Positions 8,461 to 13,868 of a stretch of 13,868 nt of DNA are shown in pieces (position 1 is the stretch's first letter; each line of letters opens with the position of its first letter). The stretch lies in the UHGV virus genome UHGV-0175553. One strand, given 5' to 3'. The notes below the pieces were generated by a model. That model did no database searches. It saw only the letters and a list, made by a program, of their open reading frames with translations, and was not told the DNA's origin. Made by a program: the position numbers and the translations under genes. The stretch is from a virus.

Positions 8461-9137
8461 AAGTCGTCTGGTCATTATTCGATGGTTCCGGGATCATGGG
8501 TTTACCGTGGGCTAAGGCTGGCTATCAGGCTTATTGCTTTAATGCTGATTCCGGTAATCACGGGGAATATAAAATCAAAATGCAACACCCAAATCTTCAT
8601 TACGTTAATCAGTGGATTGACCCACAATTTGCAATTAAGCAGGAAATACTGGGAACACCTTTACCGTCAATTATTTTTGGTTTTCCGGATTGCACCCTGT
8701 TTGCTCAAAGCGGTTCGCAACATGACCGGGATGACGCTGAACTACAGTATGCACTGGCAAACGCAAAACTGATCCGTGAACTCGGAGAACGTTATAACGT
8801 ACCCTGGATGGTGGAAAACCCTGTCGGTGCTTTATCGCGTCCTGAAATGATGGGACCACCTAACGCTTATTTTCATCCGTGGGAATATGGCGGTTATATG
8901 ACAACAGATGATAAACCTTTTCACCCTAAAATGCCGATGTTTGACGGATACACGAAGAAAACATGTCTGTGGTTCGGTAACGGTTTCAGAATGCCTGAAA
9001 AACGTCCCGGACCGATTAATATTGGTTTCTTCTGGGGCTGGAAATATCTGGGTGGTAAGTCTGAAACAACTAAACAATTACGTTCATTAACCCCGCGTGG
9101 CTTTGCTCGCGCTGTATTTGAGGCTAATAAACAATGA
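8457..9137 (+). CDS. Short, divergent C5-cytosine methyltransferase-like protein with no room for a target-recognition domain
   Basis: 226 aa. Motif I-like SLFDGSGIMGLPWAKAG (FxGxG...GL..AG), motif IV-like GFPDCTLFAQSG (aligns to GGPPCQxFSxAG, catalytic Cys kept, PDC instead of PC), motif VI-like MVENPVGA (ENV). RBS GAGGAG 9 nt upstream. Confidence 0.6.
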   Translation: MKVVWSLFDGSGIMGLPWAKAGYQAYCFNADSGNHGEYKIKMQHPNLHYVNQWIDPQFAIKQEILGTPLPSIIFGFPDCTLFAQSGSQHDRDDAELQYALANAKLIRELGERYNVPWMVENPVGALSRPEMMGPPNAYFHPWEYGGYMTTDDKPFHPKMPMFDGYTKKTCLWFGNGFRMPEKRPGPINIGFFWGWKYLGGKSETTKQLRSLTPRGFARAVFEANKQ

Positions 9138-9529
9138 TAATTGTCGTCACAGGTGGTCGTGACTTTAACGACAGAACAGCAGTGTTTTCCGCGTTAGGAC
9201 TACTTCACAAACAATTTCCGGTTACCGAACTAATTGAAGGAGGTGCGTCAGGTGTTGATAACCTGTGTAAGCAATGGGCGCAATTACACGGTATTCCTGT
9301 GCGTAGTTGCCCGGCAGCGTGGGACGATCTGACTGTACCTGGTGCGGTTGTAAAACAGGGTAAGCACGGGGCTTATAACGCTGTTGCAGGTCATCAACGT
9401 AATCAGGCGATGTTAGAGGGTGAACCACGCCCTATATACGGTGTTATGTTCCCCGGTGGTCGTGGTACTGCTGATATGCACCGTCGCATGTTGAAAGCTG
9501 GTTTAACTGTGTGGGTTCCGTATCCTTAA
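9134..9529 (+). CDS. SLOG-superfamily protein (DprA/LOG-like Rossmannoid, DUF2493-like)
   Basis: 131 aa. IVVTGGRDF, EGGASGVD (DprA-like GGxxGxD) and FPGGRGTADM (LOG-like PGGxGT) motifs. ATGA overlap with the MTase-like gene. Confidence 0.5.
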   Translation: MIIVVTGGRDFNDRTAVFSALGLLHKQFPVTELIEGGASGVDNLCKQWAQLHGIPVRSCPAAWDDLTVPGAVVKQGKHGAYNAVAGHQRNQAMLEGEPRPIYGVMFPGGRGTADMHRRMLKAGLTVWVPYP

Positions 9530-9566
9530 AATAATTCTTGACAGATTACCAACCCTCCCCGATAAT
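9527..9566 (+). promoter_or_regulatory. Strong sigma70-like promoter with the conserved upstream element
   Basis: taaaataattcTTGACAgattaccaaccctccccGATAAT: consensus -35 TTGACA (9538-9543), exactly 17 bp spacer, -10 GATAAT (9561-9566). GAGG RBS precedes ATG 9601. Confidence 0.7.
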
Positions 9567-9600
9567 TAGCCTCAGTTAACACACATGAGGTTAAACACAA

Positions 9601-9855
9601 ATGGCTAACAAGATTGAACTTTCCGACGCTGCGATTGATGTTATTTATGCATTATTTTTCCGTGGTGCTCTTTACTCTGGCGATTTACCGTCTAAATCAG
9701 GTGCTGCTGAACTTCGCGCTTACGGTTTTGCCGCTACGTGCGATACAAAAACTGAATATCAGAAAGAAACCTATTTCACTTTCCTTACTGCAGAAGGTCA
9801 GCAGTATGCTATCGACTTTCTGGTAAAAACTAATTTCGGACGCAAACAGGACTAA
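9601..9855 (+). CDS. Hypothetical protein (84 aa), first gene after a strong promoter
   Basis: ORF with RBS; no recognisable motif. Position directly behind a near-consensus promoter suggests early high expression. Confidence 0.55.
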   Translation: MANKIELSDAAIDVIYALFFRGALYSGDLPSKSGAAELRAYGFAATCDTKTEYQKETYFTFLTAEGQQYAIDFLVKTNFGRKQD

Positions 9856-9860
9856 CAACC

Positions 9861-10628
9861 ATGGCTAACATTAACTCCCTTCGCAAGCTGTCTGATACCG
9901 ATAAAACCAACGTAAAACGTGGTAACGCATATCGCATTGATCCGCGTATCATCAAGATTCGCCCGGGTCATAACCCACGGGGTGTGTTTACCGACAACTA
10001 CTGGGAAACTGAAGCAGCACTGGCACACATTGAAAACTTTCGTCAGGCTTATACCAACGGCGATTTCGTTCCACCGATCGTGGTACAGGTTGTTGACGGT
10101 GTTCCGTATGTCCAGGATGGTGAGCATCGTTTACGTGGCGTATTGGCAGCTATTGAGGCCGGGACGCCGATTCTGACAGTAGACGTTGTTGAATCATCTG
10201 GTGATGAACTACAGCAGACCCTGACACTATTAAAAGGTAATGAAGGTAAACCGTGGTCACCTGTTGAACGTGCTGTTATTTACGGTCGTTTCCGTTCATA
10301 TGGCATGAGTGTTGAGCAGATCGCTACACAGGTCGGTAAAACCGTCCAACATGTTTACGAACAACTGAATATTCTTGATATGCCGCTGGAACTTAAACGT
10401 CGGATCCAGAATGGTGAAATCAGCGCGTCAGCAGCCATACGCCAGTTTAAAGCAGGTGATAAAGAACCAGTAGTAACGCGTCGTCCACCTGCTAAACTAG
10501 TACGATCTGCAGTGGAAGCAATCCGTGGTGAATGGTCTGTAACCCGTTCGGAAGGTGGTAAAGTCCTGGTTGAACTCACCACTGAACAGTTCGAAGCGTT
10601 AAAAGCACTGAAGGAGCACCAGTTATGA
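9861..10628 (+). CDS. ParB/Srx-fold (ParB N-terminal domain) protein with HTH
   Basis: 255 aa. ParB box-like VQDGEHRLRGVLAA (GxxRxxA arginine-finger motif) followed by an HTH-like MSVEQIATQVGKTVQHVYEQLNIL. Confidence 0.7.
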   Translation: MANINSLRKLSDTDKTNVKRGNAYRIDPRIIKIRPGHNPRGVFTDNYWETEAALAHIENFRQAYTNGDFVPPIVVQVVDGVPYVQDGEHRLRGVLAAIEAGTPILTVDVVESSGDELQQTLTLLKGNEGKPWSPVERAVIYGRFRSYGMSVEQIATQVGKTVQHVYEQLNILDMPLELKRRIQNGEISASAAIRQFKAGDKEPVVTRRPPAKLVRSAVEAIRGEWSVTRSEGGKVLVELTTEQFEALKALKEHQL

Positions 10629-10795
10629 AAACTATGTCAGACAACTTAACATCAATTTACGGTACGTTGACCTGTCGTTCTAAATTTAAACCGTTGACAA
10701 AAGAAGAAGAACGTCAGTGTAAGTTCAATAACAGTTTTCCCAGCGTTAATGAAAATCGTTGGATTGCCAAACTAACCGGGAGTAAAAAGAAATGA
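10625..10795 (+). CDS. Hypothetical small protein (56 aa)
   Basis: Not in ORF track (short). ATG 10625 overlaps the ParB-like stop (ATGA); its own stop overlaps the next ATG (10792). Translation MKTMSDNLTSIYGTLTCRSKFKPLTKEEERQCKFNNSFPSVNENRWIAKLTGSKKK. Supported only by coupling geometry. Confidence 0.35.
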   Translation: MKTMSDNLTSIYGTLTCRSKFKPLTKEEERQCKFNNSFPSVNENRWIAKLTGSKKK

Positions 10796-11007
10796 GTGAT
10801 AAATATGAAAAACTCGACAAATTGATTTTGAATAGAATTGGCAACCGATACATTCCTTTTTGTGACATATTTGAAGGTGCTATATTTGAAGAATGCGATC
10901 GGCTTACTGGCAATGAACCAGCCTGTGTTCTGGATCGTCGTTTACAAGCACTGAAAAAGAAAGGTTTAATTATTTCATGTCGCGGTAAAGGATGGGTGAA
11001 AGTATGA
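10792..11007 (+). CDS. Hypothetical protein (71 aa), possible winged-helix-like C-terminus
   Basis: ORF with coupled start; C-terminal LDRRLQALKKKGLIISCRGKGW resembles a winged-helix wing, but this is weak. Confidence 0.5.
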   Translation: MSDKYEKLDKLILNRIGNRYIPFCDIFEGAIFEECDRLTGNEPACVLDRRLQALKKKGLIISCRGKGWVKV

Positions 11008-11228
11008 CTATCCGACTGATGAATCCAACAGTTGCCCGTGATATTAAACCAGGTGACAAGATTGAAGTATTTAACGAATGGTATTGGGTACGTTATATCA
11101 ATTACCACGGGGCAACACTTACCCTTCGCTTACAACCGGAAGATGAACCGCTATCACCATTTTGTGAAAACGACCGCGTTGTGGTGACAGTACCAGAAGA
11201 TCTAATGATTGATGTCGAGGTGCGTTAA
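11004..11228 (+). CDS. Hypothetical protein (74 aa)
   Basis: Preferred start ATG 11004 (ATGA overlap with upstream stop) rather than the track's 10992. No recognisable motif. Confidence 0.45.
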   Translation: MTIRLMNPTVARDIKPGDKIEVFNEWYWVRYINYHGATLTLRLQPEDEPLSPFCENDRVVVTVPEDLMIDVEVR

Positions 11229-11648
11229 ATGACTGTGTACGAAATGGAAGGTTTTCTTCGTGGTAAATGTGTTCCGGGCGACCTGAAAGTTAACGAAACA
11301 AACGCTGAATATCTGGTACGCAAATTTGCTGAAGCGGAGGCCAAGTGCGCGGCGCTGGTTGCGGAGAATGCGGGGCTGAAGAAGTTCTGCAAAGACGCTG
11401 CATTCGATGCTGATTACGAAGCCGAGCTTGGTATGGAGCGTGGTGGATTCAGTGATGCGCTTAACGAAATCAAAACCCCAGCCACCGATGCTTTTCTGGC
11501 TGAAGTGCGTGCGCAAGGCGTGGATATGGCTCGTAACGCGATGATTGATTTTGTTGATGGTGAAGTTGGGCCAAACAAGAACGTTCCGGGGCTGATTAGA
11601 GGCGCAGAGATATGCGTAAGTATTGCTGAACAGCTTCGTAAAAGGTGA
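11229..11648 (+). CDS. Hypothetical protein (139 aa), Ala-rich, with an internal GC-rich segment
   Basis: RBS GAGGTG 7 nt upstream of ATG 11229, which directly follows the previous stop. Internal segment (about 11330-11540) is compositionally distinct from neighbouring genes. Confidence 0.6.
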   Translation: MTVYEMEGFLRGKCVPGDLKVNETNAEYLVRKFAEAEAKCAALVAENAGLKKFCKDAAFDADYEAELGMERGGFSDALNEIKTPATDAFLAEVRAQGVDMARNAMIDFVDGEVGPNKNVPGLIRGAEICVSIAEQLRKR

Positions 11649-11652
11649 GTTC

Positions 11653-11916
11653 GTGTATGAGTATCAGACTAACAGGTTCCCTCGTAACGGTTTGAAGTGG
11701 TCCGCACGAGATCTGGCGTTATTAAAAATTAATGCAGGAAAGATCAGTGCGGATGAAATAGCGTATTACCTTCGCCGGGACGTTGAAGCGGTGCACATTA
11801 AAGCGTCACGTCTCGGTATATCACTGGTGACCAATAAATGTAAACGTGGTCATGCGCGAGTTTACCAAAAAGGTAGATGGCGCTGTCCTGATTGTAGAAA
11901 ATTAAAAGGGTATTGA
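11653..11916 (+). CDS. Putative DNA-binding protein with HTH-like region and C-terminal zinc-ribbon-like motif
   Basis: Preferred GTG start at 11653 (RBS AAAAGG 7 nt upstream, just after the upstream TGA at 11646-11648); the track's start at 11623 is a TTG inside the previous gene. WSARDLALLKINAGKISADEIAYYLRRDVEAVHIKASRLGISL is HTH-like; CKRGHARVYQKGRWRCPDCRK is C/H-x-n-CxxC zinc-ribbon-like. Confidence 0.5.
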   Translation: MYEYQTNRFPRNGLKWSARDLALLKINAGKISADEIAYYLRRDVEAVHIKASRLGISLVTNKCKRGHARVYQKGRWRCPDCRKLKGY

Positions 11917-11918
11917 AT

Positions 11919-12152
11919 ATGAAAATTAAAAACATGGCTGCAAGTGGTCTGTCAGGCCGTATCTTTTACGGTACGATGGAAACAAAAGACGGTGGTCAGT
12001 CTGGTAAATGGTTAGCAGGAAAGCAAGACGTTACTGATATGGCGATCCGTGCAGTTGCTGAACATTGTCTTCTGACAGGGAACAAATATTCATTTACACT
12101 TAACGACGGTCGTGTGATTACACTGGCAGTAACAGAGGTACAACCATCATGA
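11919..12152 (+). CDS. Hypothetical protein (77 aa)
   Basis: Preferred ATG at 11919 (RBS AAAAGGG about 9 nt upstream); the track's 11913 start is a TTG. Stop overlaps the next gene's ATG (12149). Confidence 0.5.
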   Translation: MKIKNMAASGLSGRIFYGTMETKDGGQSGKWLAGKQDVTDMAIRAVAEHCLLTGNKYSFTLNDGRVITLAVTEVQPS

Positions 12153-12718
12153 CACCTGAACAATTCGCAACAGCAGCACACGGTGATCAACTTCGTAAGT
12201 ACACCAACGACCCATATGTGAACCACTGCCGGAACGTTGCTGAACTGGTTAAACGCTATGGTGGTACGCCGGATATGGTTACCGCTGCCTGGCTACATGA
12301 CGTCGTTGAAGATACGCCCGTGACCGTGGGTGATGTGTGTTCGCAGTTCGGTGAGACTGTGGCACGTTATGTTGATCAGCTTACTGATGTGAGTCGTCCA
12401 CACCACGGTAACCGTGTTAAGCGTAAAGCACGGGACATCGACCATTTATCACGGGCTGAACCTGTGGTAAAAACCATAAAACTGTGTGATCTGCTGGATA
12501 ACACCTATTCAATTGTCCGACACGATCCGAAGTTTGCTGTAACGTACCTGGCTGAAAAACAACTCATGCTTGCTCATCTGTCAGACGCAAGCAACCAGGA
12601 GTTATACGCACTTGTTGAGCGTGAATTGTTTAAAGCCAAATACAAACTAACGAACGTCCAGTTGACCGCGTTTGACAAACACTACGACGCACTGGTTAAA
12701 GCGATGGGGGAGCTGTGA
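12149..12718 (+). CDS. SpoT/Mesh1-like HD-domain small alarmone hydrolase (putative (p)ppGpp/(p)ppApp pyrophosphohydrolase)
   Basis: 189 aa. AAHGDQLRKY...DPYVNHCRNVA...AAWLHDVVEDT...IKLCDLLDN reproduces the RelA/SpoT hydrolase-domain signature (H-x2-Q-x-RK, PY-x2-H, LHDvvEDT, KLxDxLxN), i.e. the H...HD...D metal ligands. Size matches single-domain SAHs. Confidence 0.8.
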   Translation: MTPEQFATAAHGDQLRKYTNDPYVNHCRNVAELVKRYGGTPDMVTAAWLHDVVEDTPVTVGDVCSQFGETVARYVDQLTDVSRPHHGNRVKRKARDIDHLSRAEPVVKTIKLCDLLDNTYSIVRHDPKFAVTYLAEKQLMLAHLSDASNQELYALVERELFKAKYKLTNVQLTAFDKHYDALVKAMGEL

Positions 12719-12720
12719 GT

Positions 12721-12891
12721 ATGAAAGAAATAGAACAACTGGTTAAACGTTTACGTGCTGCTGGTCATCAAATTACTGTTGAAAATAACTGGATAGTGGT
12801 TAACCCACCATGTTCTTTATCTGATACGCTTTTAATTCAGAAATTGAATAAAGGTGAAAAACTGGCTAATTATATTAAGGAAAACCCGTAA
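12721..12891 (+). CDS. Hypothetical small protein (56 aa)
   Basis: Not in ORF track (short). ATG 12721 lies 2 nt after the SAH stop, with RBS GGGGGAG about 9 nt upstream. Translation MKEIEQLVKRLRAAGHQITVENNWIVVNPPCSLSDTLLIQKLNKGEKLANYIKENP. Stop TAA 12889-12891 overlaps the next ATG. Confidence 0.45.
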   Translation: MKEIEQLVKRLRAAGHQITVENNWIVVNPPCSLSDTLLIQKLNKGEKLANYIKENP

Positions 12892-13031
12892 TGAAACTAA
12901 AACTTCCAGTATACTGGTTTTCCGTAAGCTGGAACAGTTACAGTAAGTGGGGTTATTTCAAACTGTGGCATGACGGGCCGTACCGCGCATTCTGGATCGG
13001 TCGTCTTTGTTTCGAATGGTGGTGGCGATGA
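12891..13031 (+). CDS. Hypothetical Trp-rich small protein (46 aa)
   Basis: Not in ORF track (short). ATG 12891 with RBS AAGGAAA 8 nt upstream. Translation MKLKLPVYWFSVSWNSYSKWGYFKLWHDGPYRAFWIGRLCFEWWWR (8 Trp). Stop TGA overlaps the next ATG (13028). Confidence 0.4.
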   Translation: MKLKLPVYWFSVSWNSYSKWGYFKLWHDGPYRAFWIGRLCFEWWWR

Positions 13032-13249
13032 TTGCAGATAACTTACTGTGTAAACTACGTGCGGATCTGATTAACAAAAGGTTTTGTCGTGATATAAACA
13101 AACCACTGGCATTTGTAAAAGTGCTCAACGTCTACAGAGCAGGTCGTGGTTTTAAGGTTATGTTCAGATACGGTGATGACGGTCCTGTCGTATATTGCGG
13201 TTATACCAATTTTTTGAAACGTTACCCAGAGGAACTAACACATGAATAA
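13028..13249 (+). CDS. Hypothetical protein (74 aa)
   Basis: Preferred start ATG 13028 (ATGA overlap with the upstream small ORF); the track's 13007 start is a TTG. No recognisable motif. Confidence 0.45.
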   Translation: MIADNLLCKLRADLINKRFCRDINKPLAFVKVLNVYRAGRGFKVMFRYGDDGPVVYCGYTNFLKRYPEELTHE

Positions 13250-13496
13250 AGCATCGCCTGTAGAAATACGTAAGTGTCTTGAAATGGTAAACAGTCTTGC
13301 ACATGCCGGGATTAGATTTGTTCCTATACCGGTAACCAGTGATGATGAATTTAATTCGCTGGTTTCTCATTCTTACGGGATACTGGACAAAATAGTAGAC
13401 GATTTTGACACCGCTAACCGCCAGTTCGAAAGCCTCAGCAACCACAAACATCACTTCATCAACGGCACTTGCGTAGAGTGCCTGAAAAGTGAATAA
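13242..13496 (+). CDS. Hypothetical protein (84 aa)
   Basis: ATG 13242 with RBS GAGGAA 8 nt upstream. Last gene of the plus-strand operon, followed by a terminator-like hairpin. Confidence 0.55.
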   Translation: MNKASPVEIRKCLEMVNSLAHAGIRFVPIPVTSDDEFNSLVSHSYGILDKIVDDFDTANRQFESLSNHKHHFINGTCVECLKSE

Positions 13497-13519
13497 CTAC
13501 CTGTTCATACTATTCATCA

Positions 13520-13546
13520 GTGCGCTCTATGTAGCGCACGTTTTCT
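13520..13546 (+). terminator. Putative rho-independent terminator for the plus-strand operon
   Basis: Stem GTGCGCT (13520-13526) / AGCGCAC (13533-13539), 6-nt loop, followed by GTTTTCT. Confidence 0.5.
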
Positions 13547-13596
13547 ATGAGGTGTACCGATGACCATAAGACGTGTTGTGTGTGCAGAAACTGACT

Positions 13597-13625
13597 AAAA
13601 AGCGGGGCTAACTACCCCGCTATCT
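13597..13625 (-). terminator. Putative rho-independent terminator for the minus-strand gene (possibly bidirectional)
   Basis: Stem GCGGGG (13602-13607) / CCCCGC (13615-13620), 7-nt loop. On the minus strand the hairpin is followed by TTTT (plus-strand AAAA at 13597-13600); on the plus strand it is followed by TATCTTTATT. Lies directly after the minus-strand stop at 13626-13628. Confidence 0.5.
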
Positions 13626-13868
13626 TTATTGACCCATCATATCTTTATACATCATCAAAACAACATCATCCGGCATATTATCTACATCGCAATGCGGGTT
13701 GTGTGATAACGCATACAGCCTGATTTTCTCCTTCAAATCGCTGACATCGACTACAGGTGCTTCCACTCGTGCTACAGGTGCTTCCACTCGTGCTACAGGT
13801 GCTTCCACTCGTGCTACAGGTGCTTCCACTCGTGCTACAGGTGCTTCCACTCGTGCTACAGGTGCTTC
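13626..13868 (-). CDS. 3' end of a minus-strand gene encoding a heptad-repeat (APVARVE)n protein; N-terminus beyond window end
   Basis: Open frame continues to the last base of the window. The track's M at 13850 is an internal GTG (Val) inside the repeat, so the true start is outside the window. C-terminal sequence: ...(APVARVE)x5 APVVDVSDLKEKIRLYALSHNPHCDVDNMPDDVVLMMYKDMMGQ. Confidence 0.6.
   Translation of the reverse strand, partial: EAPVARVEAPVARVEAPVARVEAPVARVEAPVARVEAPVVDVSDLKEKIRLYALSHNPHCDVDNMPDDVVLMMYKDMMGQ
13751..13868. repeat. Perfect 21-bp direct tandem repeat (ctacaggtgcttccactcgtg), 5 full copies plus 13 nt, truncated by window end
   Basis: Read directly: identical units start at 13751, 13772, 13793, 13814, 13835 and 13856. 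In frame with the minus-strand CDS, encoding APVARVE heptads. Confidence 0.95.

Noticed and set aside
8086-9428. Antisense or alternative-frame ORFs (8086-8292, 8482-8772, 8671-8859, 8832-9077, 8908-9090, 9222-9428)
   Set aside because: Overlap the coupled operon 8055-9529 in other frames or strands; no supporting signals.
9614-11516. Nested ORFs 9614-9826, 9852-10127, 9919-10176, 10355-10582, 10746-11108, 11202-11516, and 11996-12226 and 13164-13454 further along
   Set aside because: Alternative frames or antisense to the co-directional coupled gene string; the sense-strand genes have RBSs and start/stop overlaps, these do not.
11623-11652. TTG start at 11623 for the HTH/zinc-ribbon protein (likewise TTG starts at 11913 and 13007)
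   Set aside because: The track appears to accept TTG/GTG as starts. These would create 26-nt or longer overlaps with upstream genes and lack an RBS; downstream in-frame starts with RBSs are preferred.
13751-13868. Possible CRISPR array or noncoding satellite interpretation of the 21-bp tandem repeats
   Set aside because: Units are directly adjacent with no spacers, and are in frame within an open reading frame that continues through them (encoding APVARVE); a coding tandem repeat, not CRISPR.
1-13868. Idea that the window is a complete circle and the AP-repeat gene at the end is the continuation of the gene at the start
   Set aside because: Reading frames do not join across the junction (codon phase differs by one), and the repeat units differ (30 bp versus 21 bp). 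The shared 13-mer is more likely a common linker-coding motif.

Overview
The window reads as a tailed-phage (or prophage) early/replication region with enterobacterial-style sigma70 promoters and tight translational coupling (many ATGA start/stop overlaps). No tRNA, rRNA, CRISPR array or transposase was recognised. Layout: (i) a minus-strand operon (about 2568 down to below 1) encoding a 250-aa hypothetical protein, a DUF2800/Cas4-like PD-(D/E)XK nuclease and a 5'-partial-window gp2.5/DUF2815-like putative ssDNA-binding protein; (ii) a divergent plus-strand replication operon (2739-7964) with an SF2 DEAH helicase, a DEDDh 3'-5' exonuclease, a VRR-NUC nuclease, a small HTH protein and a prim-pol/SF3 primase-helicase; (iii) a short plus-strand operon (8055-9529) with a small lipoprotein-like membrane protein, a 71-aa protein, a short divergent C5-cytosine-methyltransferase-like protein and a SLOG (DprA/LOG-like) protein; (iv) a long plus-strand string of coupled small genes (9601-13496) including a ParB-like protein and a SpoT/Mesh1-like HD-domain small alarmone hydrolase; (v) convergent terminators, then the 3' end of a minus-strand gene carrying perfect 21-bp tandem repeats that run off the window. 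A conserved ~22-bp promoter element recurs four times. All family assignments come from motifs read by eye in the translations; no database search was possible, so they are hypotheses with the stated confidences.
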